From: Magallana gigas
Taxonomy: Eukaryota
NCBI RefSeq assembly: GCF_963853765.1
Contig: NC_088859.1
Coordinates: forward strand, 46,624,001-46,688,000
Direction of reading: 5' to 3'
DNA length: 64,000 bases
A program made the position numbers and the translations under genes. Below are positions 12,701 to 24,800 of this stretch, piece after piece (position 1 is the first letter of the stretch; every line of letters begins with the position of its first letter). The notes under the pieces are model-generated. The model had not been told where the DNA came from and did no database searches. It saw nothing but the letters and a program-made list of their open reading frames with translations.

Positions 12701-15700
12701 AAATACTGTAGGTTTGTCACCACCAAATGACTTGAACAAGACAATATGATGTTATTTTGTTTATAAAAGATGGCAGTATAAGGACCATTGATGTTGGTGT
12801 TCACACATTAGTTCATGCTCTGGTACTAAAATAGGTATTTATTAAGGTGGAATAACACATCGTCATAAAATGGCTGACCTCTGATCGAAACGACATTTTG
12901 TTATATTAAAAGGATTTGATCGACGGCAACATGTACCTTACTTCATAGCCAGGTGGTCAAAGTGTTGGGCTTGTGATCCGTACATCCTGAGTTCGAATCC
13001 AATGGGGGCTTTTGCTGTTACTTACTAAATTGAATTTTTAAGATATTCATTTTTTATCCCCAAACTGCAAATTTTTCGCTTATTTGCAAATTGACAGTTT
13101 ATTTATCATAATATCTTTCATAATCAAATAATTGACTGTTAATTCGAGTGACTTTTTCCAGGTGTGTTATTCCACCTTAATATTCCCAATCGCCATCTCT
13201 GGTCTTCTAATCATAGTTATGCTAAGTGATTCATTTGTATGCAACAGCTACATTTATATTACAACCATCCAGTGCAAACGTTTATAAATTCTTATGCATT
13301 TAAATCCAGCTCATCTGTGATTCTAATGGAAACACTTCAGCTGCCCTTTGTTGTCAGTTGTTGAAAGACAAAAGAAAGTCGGCATGAATTATCCTACATA
13401 ACGTGATTAAGAATGTAAAATGAAACTTTATGGTCACCAAAATACCACTCCCTTATGCTTATGGGCCACCTGGCAAGTATTCGAAAAGGTTTAAGCTTGT
13501 GCTAATTTCTAATTAATGAAATACAAATTAGAGATGACCTTAAAAGAATTGAAAAAATAATAGCTTAATAAAAAGGCATAAGATGTAAAGAAATTAGCTA
13601 GGAACCAACAGACCTTGAAAGCATTCCAATTTTTTTATGACAAAGTTTCTTATAGGACAGGCCATAGTACTTGTATTCGGAGTGATTTTTTGTAGCTGTT
13701 TTTGTAATTGCATAAAATAAGGTTGAAATAAAAAAAATATACAAGAAGGGCTTCCCTATCTGTGAATACAAGATAGGCTCTAGGAATTATTAAAACATCC
13801 ACAACAATTGTGAGGGTCTTACCTGATCACTAGAACTTGGTTCTCTGTGTCTTTCATCATCTTTCCATAAGATGCACTTCCAATGGCAAACAGGTGTCTG
13901 AAATGAAACAGCATTCAGAAATTAACAAATGAAGGCATAACTTTTATAGAACTTGACTGGGTCTACATCACAAGGGAGAGACTTACGGAGGCATGGAGCC
14001 CAGTGGGCGGCCCTCGTACTTCTTGACCATGTCCAGTCCGTAGATGTTGAACATTTTGTACGGGTTGACGGAAACCAAGATACTTCCTGTGAAAGTCTGA
14101 AACAGGGGACATAACTCAGGTGTGTATCAATGAAATGAATGAATAAACAAAATACTGAAGTAGTGACCAATGGCTGTGTCAAACTTACATAGATGAGTTC
14201 CCGTTCATATCGGATCCTTATGTTTCTCTGTATGACACTCTCATCCAGGACACTGTCAAATGATAATGGAGATGTCACAATGCTGACAATTCATAATACA
14301 CAACAAGGCACTGATATCTGATAACTAGCAAAGTCCCTGGAACTTTCATTTTTTTTACTTCTAGCATTAAGGACAACAGTTTCCATTTTCTTTTTTACGA
14401 GATTTTGAACTTTAAAATATGATAATTGCTCTTCAGTATTTACTTCTAATATTATAAGTATCTTTTTTTTTTCAAATGAATCACACTGTGCTTAATTATC
14501 CGGTAAAGTGAAATATTTGTACTGGGTTGTACTTGATTTATATATACCCTTTTAATTTCAAAATTTTTAAAAAACATAGACAAAGTTGTGTACACACCGA
14601 TATAAATATATTACTTCATGCTAGAATTGAAAGCCGGAGTCTTCAAACTCAATGAGAGTTTTAAATTATGCATTGGTGAAAACTGATATATGGTCAGAAA
14701 ATATTTTGGTTTCTATATAAACATTAAATTCCTAAACCCTCCAGTTTGACATGGCTGGCCAAACATCTACAAATCACATGAGATTAAATGAATGAAAACA
14801 TTAACAACACTTTTCACTTTTTGTCTGCAGAAAAAGATCAATACATCTGGTGGCACAGTTAAGACTGTAGCTAAAACCAGGTCAGTTAATTATGAAAAGG
14901 CAATTATATTTCTGTTACAAAAACAGGCCCTTTTAAAAATTTAGTTTGTATGCCCAGCATCTGATAACCTAGAATTGAATTTTGTTAAAGTTCCTTTGCA
15001 TTCAAAACATCACATAACAAGTTCTTAAACAACTAAGGCGGATTAGAGGGGAACAATCCAGGTTTTATAAGATAGACCAAGCGGTTTTTAAACCTTTGAC
15101 TGCTTGCCAACTGTGAGAGTGATTGAAGGAGCAGTCGCTATGTTGTCCCAGACCAAGTGTTGGAACCGATACACACCCCGACAGTCTCTATCGAACCAAT
15201 GACAGGTGTAAGAAAAGAAGACCAATGCAAGACCCTCGATGAAGCCCAGTATCCAAGTCACTAAGGAGCTTTGATTTAGATAGGAAGAATTTTAGTCCAA
15301 ATGAATAATAGGGTGTTATCGGAGAAAGGACAATAATCCATTGTATTGGTTAATCAGAACTCTGACAAGGAGTATTTAATGTAACAAGCTGACCGGCCCC
15401 CATTAGAAAGGCTTGCATTCATCCTAACCGGTCAACTTGAGAACTGCAAAGCTATATGTGTTCGCTAACACAGTATGAATGAAAAAAAATGCAAAAAACT
15501 TGCATGACAAAGTATAATTTTAGTGTTATCTCAAATGGATACTCTTGTCATCTTTATCATGTGCACAAGACATGCAATATATCAATTTAACAATGCATGT
15601 GTTTTCCAACCTCTTTTCTTATTTGACAGCTTGGTTTAAATCTTAGCTGTTCTTATGTTTTCCTACAATAACAAATGAGGCAATGGCCATCTATACAACA

Positions 15701-18700
15701 CATATAAACACAACAGTCCTCATTCATCAAGGAGCAGCTGGGAACTTGACCCAAAATAAAACCAGGCCCGCAACTATATCAGGACACAGTATCAGGCATG
15801 AAAAGATTTAAAGATGGTATAACATGAGATTTCAATTCCAAGGAGCAGAGGTTTTTATTTTTCTTAGTGTTCCATTCAAAATATTATGAATGAAGATCCT
15901 CTTCTAGAATAAGGGCTAACAAAGCTCAGTAACGCTTCAGGAGTTTCTTATCCCATCTTTCACAATCATAGCATTCTATTTGAGACTTGGCCTACATCAT
16001 TTCATGCTCCATCTTTCTTTTTAGATTGTCTGAAATGGAACCTTAATTGCCAATTTTCTCCTTATTCTAAACCTCAAAAAGTTATTTCATGTGAACACTT
16101 TTATATAGAACACAGATATGAACAGATGGGTGGAACAGACACTTGCAACCAACTATCAACTGAAACATACCCTTTGTCAAATAGTTATGCATGCTGATTC
16201 AAACTGCAATTTATTATTTCATTTTAAAACCATTTTCCTGAAGTGGCTGAGATTTATATTAACTGATTTAAGATTTTAAGTCATGTGGTGTCTTTCAATG
16301 AAAAACCCATTTTGTACAAGGAATTTAACAACCAACCAGTTGTATTATAAGCTGCAAATTACTACAAGTTTTCAGAATAATTCTACAAGATATTTAAATG
16401 AAAAGAAGGGTGAATTTTCAATGTGTGTTTGCTGAATGAGAACTGGGTATGATTATTAAACACACACGACATTCACCTGACTGCCCTTTCACAATGGTCT
16501 AGAATTCTTTCTTTTCAATTCTCCTTTTTTTTTTGCACTTGTTTTGACGTATTGAACAACGGCGCAATCATTTCTTAAGGAAATAACTGTTGCTTGCGCA
16601 GATAAAAGTTATAATATAAATGTTCCCATGTCATTAATCAACACATTTCTTGTTAAATCAGTCATTTTATATAATTTATTTGATCATGTCTAGACAATAC
16701 AGAAGCTTTAAATTATTATTTAATCTTTACAAAAGACTTATGACTACCTGCAATCAACTTGCTCATAGTCATGTGAGCGTTCTGCTGAAACCATTACGAC
16801 AAACAGATGAAAACGAAAGTGCACATTTTATTGAGTGGAGGAAAGATGTGGAAATCTAGGAAAGAGATTTGAATGTATCACAGGGCATTGTAGGAAAAAC
16901 CATGTTTTAGATTATGCCTCTCCACAACTGCAGTGGAAGATGAGGGTATCCCTTCTAGCTTGGCTAAAATTAAAAATGTCATCAAAATCTGTTGTGATAT
17001 CACTCTAGACAGGGGGGTATGTAAAGATAAGCTAGTATATCTCCTCTGATGTGGTTGGGTGAAAAACAAGTCTGACCTTGATGCTGTAACCTTAACTCGA
17101 GGCAATCTACCACAATAAAATAAACTCAGTCATGTCAATGTTGATCCATGAATTTGGAATGAATTGATTTGATGAAATGAGAGATACGTTCAACAAATAT
17201 GCATTTAAAAGGATGGTATTCTCTTTGATTGATTTTTTTTTTCAAAGAAAATGAGGATTCTCTTTAAATATTTTTTGAAAAGAAGGTTGAAATTTTCTAA
17301 GAAATTAACAAGTTTCTTATTTCAGGAAAGATAAAACCAAGTATAAGAATCCTTGCAAATAGATTGTTGGTTTGTTTCTAAGCATATATTTGGCTCCAAA
17401 TGACATGCCCAGCTAACCTAGTAGTGTAATGCAAAGAAAAAAGCAACCAAATAGGCATCTCATCTAAGCTAATAAGAGAAAAGATTTGCAAACATTTCAT
17501 AATTATGTGTGAATAAAACATAATTTGTATCAGGATTAGACATCTATCCTGCTGTAAACAGAGAAAGTCTACATCTGTTTACAGTATATGCAAATGGACC
17601 TGTTTACAGTTTAAGGTAAAGTTTACAGTACTGGAACAAATGTGATGTAAATCTGATTTAGTATGCTCACAGTGTGTGCAAATGGGTCTGTTTACAGTTT
17701 ACCATAAAGTTTACAGTACTGGAACAAATGTGATGAGCATCTGATTTAGTATGCTTACAGTGTGTGCAAATGGGTCTGTTTACAGTTTACCATAAAGTTT
17801 ACAGTACTGGAACAAATGTGATGTAAATCTGATTTAGTGTGCTTACAGTGTGTGCAAATGGGTCTGTTTACAGTTTACCATAAAGTTTACAGTACTGGAA
17901 CAAATGTGATGTAAATCTGATTTAGTGTGCTTACAGTATGTGCAAATGGGTCTGTTTACAGTTTACCATAAAGTTTACAGAACTAGAACAAATGTGATGA
18001 GCATCTGATTTAGTGTGTTTACAGTGTGTGCAAATGGGTCTGTTTACAGTTTACCATAAAGTTTACAGTACTGGAACAAATGTGATGTAAATCTGATTAA
18101 GTATGCTCACAGTGTGTGCAAATGGGTCTGTTTACAGTTTACCATAAAGTTTACAGGACGGGAGCAAATGTGTACATCTGATTTAGTATGTTTACAATGT
18201 ATGCAAATGGGTCTGTTTATAGTTTACTGTAATGGTTCAACTGATAATGTAATGTTTATTAGTTTATATACAGTGCACACAAATGGGTCTGTTTTCAGTT
18301 TACCATAATGTCTATAGTACAATTGTAAATGTATCATAATGTACATGAGTCTGTTTTCAGAGCATGCAAATAGGTCCTTTTACAGTTTACTTTGCTGCAA
18401 GTCTGTAGCTCTTGGTCTGAAAAAAATTTGGATGGATGACCTGGGAGCTTCAGTGCCACCCATTAAAAAAATTGTGTATTTATTGTGCACAAAAACGTGC
18501 CCTAGTTTTGTACTAATTAACCTTATTTATAAGCAAATTCTGAGAAAACAATTAGTACCATTAAATTTTCAATAAAATTTACTACTGATATTGTCTCTTT
18601 ACTTGTCTCAGACTTTCTCCAAAACAAGCTACCAACCACAGAAACTCAAGTATGTAAATTTACATCGAGATCGAGAGTCGCAATTTTTACATGTACACTA

Positions 18701-20106
18701 ACTGCACCACTTCAATTCATGGGTCTGGTGATGGTGTTTGATAGGCTATCAGAGGCAAGTAAAGAGACGATATCAGTAGTAAATTGAATGAAAAATTAAA
18801 CGGTATCAATTGTTTTCACAGAATTTTCATATCAATAAGGTTAATTAGTCAAATACTAGAGCACATTTTTGTGCGCAGTAAATATTCAATTTTTTCAATG
18901 GGAGGCACTGTAGCTCCCAGGTTGTCTATCCAAATTTTTTCAGACCAAGAGCTACAGACCTGCAGCTATAGTTTACTGAAATCTCTACAGCACATATACC
19001 CCGGTACATGTAGTGTACAGAAGTCCTTTTATAGTGCATCTATTTTAACTGTTGATGACTACACTACTCATTCATAATTACAACAAAGCAAATTTCAAGG
19101 GATGAAAAAAAAACTTATTTCCTTTTACTGTATAAATACCAATTGAAATATACATATAAGTTTAAATTAATTTATTGGGGTAACTGCAAGTTGGAAATGA
19201 AAATTTTCACTGCAACATTAATTTCACAATTTAAATGTAATTCATTTTTTTTTTTTGGATAATACAGTGACCAATCTTTAAACTATATCTACAATAGAAT
19301 TTGTTCTGGAAAAAAATATTATCACTGCAGATACATGAATTAAAATGTGTAATAATTTTGACAGCAAGGGTGGAAAAAGTACTTTGTTTATATTCTATTG
19401 AATTTCCTATATTTTTTTCAGGCATTTGACTTGGGCATAGATAAGAAGTAGTTACATGTGCTGATAATTCACCATATCAGTGTTTGTTTTATTCAAAGTT
19501 AGCAGTAAAGTACAAGTTCATATTTGCTGTGAATGATTAAAGTACAAGCATGTACTAATGTAACGGTTGACAGCACATGAACAAGGGTATTTTTGTAGTT
19601 TACAGTACTTTCGGCTGAGCACCATGCATGTACATACATCTGCTTACAGTAAATTATGGTACAAGTAAATCAGAAGAGACTGCAAGAAATACTGTATTCT
19701 CCCCCATGAGTGCTCCAGGTGCTAAAAACTGTCAAACAGAGACAGTTCTTTACTTGGACTATGTTGGACTTCATAATTTGATCCAAATATTATGGAAACA
19801 TCTGAATTATAAGTAATTTTTAAACAAATCCTGACAGTGTTCATTTTGATTTCAATACCATAATTAATGTGCCTATATATTACACTTTTTCAGACTGAAA
19901 AGTTTTTTGTTAAAAGGTAATAGAATGCATATGAAGGCATTGAGGGTTGCTTCAAGGGGGAAAAAAAGCTAACATGTTAAATATGCATGTGGAGAATGTA
20001 GTTGCCCACATTTCCTCCATTAAGACGAACATCAGCTGGAGACTCACCTGAGGTTGATCATGTCCTCCACTCCATGATCCCCCTCTCCATTTTCTGGACC
20101 ATCCAT
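790..20106 (-). CDS. MYO15: Unconventional myosin, class XV-like (motor domain + 3 IQ motifs; gene continues beyond the left edge of the window)
   Basis: Hand-spliced, phase-consistent GT-AG exons (minus strand): 20048-20106, 14189-14252, 13987-14096, 13823-13897, 12262-12462, 11353-11416, 8842-8955, 8386-8547, 8015-8131, 7523-7581, 7296-7425, 6972-7199, 6488-6613, 6321-6398, 6041-6195, 5415-5585, 4563-4686, 2488-2663, 790-874 (766 codons). Motifs: GVEDMINL, P-loop GESGSGKT, switch [10 protein letters not shown], switch [21 protein letters not shown], and IQ motifs [31 protein letters not shown] and [17 protein letters not shown]. Segments such as [12 protein letters not shown] and FLEKCHFHH most resemble MYO15A as I recall it. 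Class XV versus the related MyTH4-FERM classes needs a phylogeny because the tail is outside the window. Confidence 0.93.
1973..2185. mobile_element. TA-flanked CTGTA-type MITE (same family as 60900-61092)
   Basis: It has imperfect TIRs and shares internal blocks (ttgtcag.gggcgaa.ttcaagact, aaccgtt.caagtgta, gaaaataaca) with the copy in TMEM26-B intron 2. Confidence 0.7.
2664..2936 (-). CDS. Candidate alternative 5' coding extension (91 codons) in frame with the myosin converter/IQ exon
   Basis: The [17 protein letters not shown]...ESDSFQQ runs without a stop across the acceptor at 2664/2663 into VFLKESLEQ. The ATG context is aaagATG and the sequence is less AT-rich than the flanking intron. 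There is no transcript evidence. Confidence 0.45.
4946..5290 (+). mobile_element. Long-palindrome non-autonomous element, copy A (internally deleted hairpin), in a myosin intron
   Basis: It is near-identical to 27901-28263 and begins TTATACTTTCATGTTAAATACTGAAATCTGATTGG. The 3' palindrome arms are gtgcctgtttgggaggataacagttgaaattgacacccc / ggggtgtcaatttcaactgttactctcccaaacaggcac. Confidence 0.85.
9203..9685. mobile_element. Kolobok-like MITE, family 1, copy 1
   Basis: TIRs are AGGGGCATGGTCACGATTTTGGTCAAA and its reverse complement, flanked by TTAA on both sides. RR termini with a TTAA TSD are the Kolobok signature. Confidence 0.88.
12846..13176. mobile_element. Kolobok-like MITE, family 2, with an internal tRNA-like A/B-box cassette
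   Basis: TTAA + GGTGGAATAACAC ... GTGTTATTCCACC + TTAA. The A box TAGCCAGGTGG is at 12946-12956 and the B box GAGTTCGAATCC at 12989-13000. Confidence 0.85.
17575..18400 (+). repeat. 88-bp minisatellite, about 7 conserved units plus degenerate tail, in myosin coding intron 1
   Basis: The anchor CTGGAACAAATGTG recurs at 17631, 17719, 17807, 17895, 17983, 18071 and 18159. Confidence 0.95.
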
Positions 20107-21746
20107 GTTGATCTCTCACTCACAACTCATTGCTCATCTATAGAAAAAAAGAGGTAACAATTTAATGATCAAAGTTCAACTGTATTGGACTTCAACAGTA
20201 TGTGGCTATGCCATAAAACATGTACCTTAAACACACACCCTCTTCTTTTTTATGATTACAAGCACTTGGCACATTTCAGAAACAAGTTTCACTACATTAA
20301 TAAGTAATAAACTGAAGACAAATGTCATAGTCCTCAGTCCATTTTTCTCAAAAACTGAATTCAATCCAACAACCAAGCCACCATATCAAACACTCATCTG
20401 TGAGGTAAATTTTATCTCCTGACACCTCCCAATCCACTTCAAAATTTAGTTGCACAGAAAACTATACCAAAAGCAGGTTAGAAATCAATACTGGTAGTTT
20501 AGATACAAACTCAATATACACTTGTCTCATTTGAACATATCAATTTAACACCAAATACAGAAAATCATTTACAGACATAACAAGAATTGTTTTCTTAGAC
20601 ATATATCATGCATACCAAACATTACAATGGAGGGATTTTTCCACCATAATGTAACCAAAGAAAGACATGTACAAATATTGCACTCGGTAAGGAATTGAAT
20701 TGCATAACGATTATTGTTCCTTGACAATACTATTGTGCATTCCTTCCAAGTTAAAGGTTCTGTTCTATGCAGGCAAAATTGTCAGGTCTGTTTCCTTGAA
20801 CAGTTTTCAATGCAAGAAAAACCTTCAAATACTTCCCATATTTCTGATCATCTAAACTCCATCTCTGCAGTCCTAAAAATGTCAACTGACCAAACATTCA
20901 AAACAACTTTGAGGCATCAAATATTGACTTGTTATATAAATGTTTTCTGCAGCAGAGCTCATAAACACGCCATTAACAGCTTTAGGACTGTTGTTTTTGC
21001 ATGGTAACTGTTGAAACTCCCATCAAGGGTTACATAGAAAACTCCTTGTCAAGTGTTATACAAAAACCCCAATTAAATGAAACACAAAACATTTGATACA
21101 GAAAGATGTTCTGTGCTCACCTAAGGTGTTAGATCATGGAGAAAATCTTATACCATGTGTCATAAACTATGAAGTAATTCTCATCTAGCTTACCAGCAGA
21201 GATTTTTTTAAGGCAAATCAGAAAAAATCAAATGACCTAAATATTTTACATATTCAAAGAAAAAAATCATTCTTCAATCATAAAAAAGAATCTCAAAAGC
21301 TATTCAAGCAGAAAAGTTGATCTTAATCGGGTGTGTTGGGAGTTCTGGCCGTTAGAACGTGGTTATGTCACTAAGTCTACACTACCCTGTACTTAAAGGC
21401 TGAGTATTCAATAGATTGGGCCAAATCTATACATGCCTATCAATATTTAACAGTCCATGTATATTCCTATTAGAACAACCAATTTGATCCTTGGAGTAGT
21501 GTGTCCACAGTGTAAGATAAATAGATAAACACAAACAGTCTCATAAAACCAGAGCAGTACAAACCAACAAAGCTATGAACTGGTAACAGGTTACATACAG
21601 GCTGAGTACCAATACACTTAATAATATCTCCTCTGCTACAACCAAGCTCTCTGTTGTAGGGCTGGAATTTTCTGTCACTTGACCAATCCAAGTACAATCT
21701 ATAGAAGACCCTAAAATATTTACCTACACTTGGTTCTATTTAAGGA

Positions 21747-21748
<2 letters not shown>

Positions 21749-21821
<73 letters not shown>
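21749..21821. repeat. (CT)n microsatellite, about 36 units
   Basis: Read directly from the sequence. Confidence 0.98.
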
Positions 21822-21825
<4 letters not shown>

Positions 21826-24800
21826 TGAGTTATATATATTCTTTCTGCTAATGCAGACACAAGCCTGATAATATGCATACATACCTACATATGTATAATA
21901 CTTATACCAGTTGGTTTTTAGTTGTCTGTAGGTGCAGTTAATTGTATTTTGACTCAAAAATATACTAATGGCTCAAAAAGTGTCACTTGAACACATTTTT
22001 GCGATAGAATGTCTTGCATTTGAGATGATCAACAAAATGTAGCAAAAAATAGTGTTCTGCAGAGAAATCTATTCAAATATTAATTTCTCAATCACAAGGT
22101 TGTAAGGTGCAAAAAATTATTCACAAATTTGATTTTTTTTTCTGTTTCTTTTATTGCACTTTCTTACAGTTTAATGCTGACAATGACAGCAATATCCCTT
22201 AATGCCTATAACCAATTCTCCAACTGACAGACAGGACTATCACAAAGATCAGAAATATCCATCAATTACTTGTGGAATGTTCTTACAGGGCTTCTATATT
22301 TCACATATAAAAAATTAAATATTTCATTTCTTATTTCGATCTTATCAGGTAAGTGCAAGATGTGCAATTAGATAATGTAAATTCTTTGCTGTCAGCTTAA
22401 GCTATCGATTGCAATTAATTATAATCTAAAAATAAAGAATTGGGGTCCTCTTTTACTCTCATTGGGTATATATTAAGGCCACTGCATCATTTCTAGTAAT
22501 TTAACATCGTTTGTAACCTGAAAGCAGTAATTTTGATTTAACATTTCATCGTCCTGATTTGTGGAAAAGAGTTTATTCTAAAAACTATAAAATAATCCTT
22601 CATCTTCAAACTTAGGTCCGAGTTTCTTAAACAAATCAGAAGACCCCCCAAAATTCATGTTTTTAAAACATGCATAACAGGTTAATATACAACTCCAGAT
22701 ATGAGGAAAACCCCTGTTCATTGGCTCTCAGTCAGTCCATGACAAGTCTAGCTTTGATCTCTGAGGACGACCAAACTGTTCGATACCTCTGTATATCACT
22801 GTAATAAATCAAGTATAATTGATGATGTAATCACCTTCTGTGTGGAGATTTTGATCATGTTTTCTCGGAGGTTTTTCTTTCTGTTCTCTCCACTCTGTGT
22901 TACATTTTCAGGATTAATCTGAAAGTAGGACACAGGCACAATTAAGTTTATTATAACCTAACGTCAGTGTAATTATCTTTGGCATCTTTTCAGTTGTAGA
23001 ACCAGTTTCTTACATTTCTGAACGCCTTGAAAACTTGCGAAATAATTCACATATGCAAGAAAATCTGGGACACACCCATTCATCATACGATCTGGGTAAA
23101 TTGTGTTTGTTTGGATATCCACACAGCATGACAAACTCATTCTAATCCAGGATCAACTTCTAACCAACCTTAAATTATCTTTTCATTTTGAGTTGATGAG
23201 AATTTAATATCTATTTGACAGTTTGCTGGTGACATATTTCAAAGCTCACGAATTTAAATAAGATGGCAGGCTTATACCTTTTTAAAAAAACAAACTATGT
23301 TTAATCATACACACTATGTGGAGAAGAATGTTTATATGTTAAGTAAAACAACAAGCAAAACTGTGTCTATCATTTGATACTCTGTTTTCTTGATGCCCAG
23401 GTAAAACCAGTAAGGTAAGACAAAGGTCGAAATCATACAACCAGTATGTAACAGGGTGAGATAAAATTGTTCTAATGGAGGAGGTTATGTAAACCAATAG
23501 TGTTTATCACCAAAACCCCAATGTTTTTTCCCAATTAAGGTTAAATATAAAAAAATTATTACAAAATTTAAAAAAAGAGGGGGGCATCATGAGTAAGCGC
23601 CTGGTCAACAAAATGAAAACTAAGATTTGATTACATGCCATATTATTTTATAACTTAAAATGCACTTTAACATTCTTCATTAAAAGAATTCTCTCTTGTT
23701 TTTATCAAGATTTATGAAATATTTATAGAAAATCATTCAAGTGAATGCAGACTGTTTAAATGATGAAGAAAAAGTACAACAGATGATGAAATACATAGAC
23801 ACAGGACGTGTATACTGTCAGGTTTAATTTATCATCTTTGATCCTGCAATGAAACATCCTGTTCCATGAAAGCATTCTAAGAACAAGAAAATGTTCACAC
23901 CTTGATATCTTACCTACCGGTACTCTAAGATTTGATTGTTTTAGAATTATACCACTCAACACTATTCATTGATATTCATCATAAGGCTATTAATTTTGAA
24001 TTAGTCATCATCAAAGTGCCAGATTATCCATGTCTCTGATAAGTAAGTAACAGCTCGCCTAGCAGACGTACAAATAATGGCACTTATCCTTACCTGATTA
24101 TGTCCATCACAACAAATAACGCAATTACAGCGAACAGCGTGTCACATTATATCAACACCTATAATGCCAACTCGACCTACAGCCAAAACTTCATTCTCAA
24201 GACCTCCGAATATTCTGAGCCCTGCCTAGACCCACCCTTGTACCGGTATACCTGATATTCCTAGATACCACATAACAGGTAGTTTTATATTGATTTAAAG
24301 TCTACACAATGGGTTTTATCTTAATTTACTTACCTGTATTGCTAATCAATAACCAATATCTATAATAAATCCCAGAAACTAAACTTTGGAAGACACAAGT
24401 TCTTCCAGACACTTGCTGGGAGTTGATCAAATACACAAGCGAAGGTATTCCGTTTCAACAGTCTATTTATAATAACACCTTAGTTTACAACAGTCAACTC
24501 CAACAGTCCAATCAATGACAGTTCTCCATGGGCTAGCACACCCTTTGCATACACACAATTAGTTATAACATTAAATTTCAGCCCCTAAATTCACCTGTAC
24601 TGATGGTTTTCCAGGCCTTGATGAACAATTGAAGAATTTGACAACAGATAGTTGATAAACTTTGCGTACTTTCAGTAAAATGGTGACATACTTGGAATTC
24701 TGACAGCCACTAGTAGAACCGGCTACCTGTTTCTTCACTGGCACACTGCTAATTCAGAGGAATTCATTTAAATCACAATAGAAATATCTTAGCATGCTTC

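Noticed and set aside
16809-16820. Second ISRE-like core GAAAACGAAAGT in myosin intron 1
   Set aside because: A single short match is expected by chance in AT-rich DNA, and there is no promoter context.
24100-24255. 51-aa plus-strand small ORF MSITTNNAIT...PPLYRYT
   Set aside because: It has no homology I recognise and no supporting gene structure, and is better explained as antisense to a candidate UTR exon.
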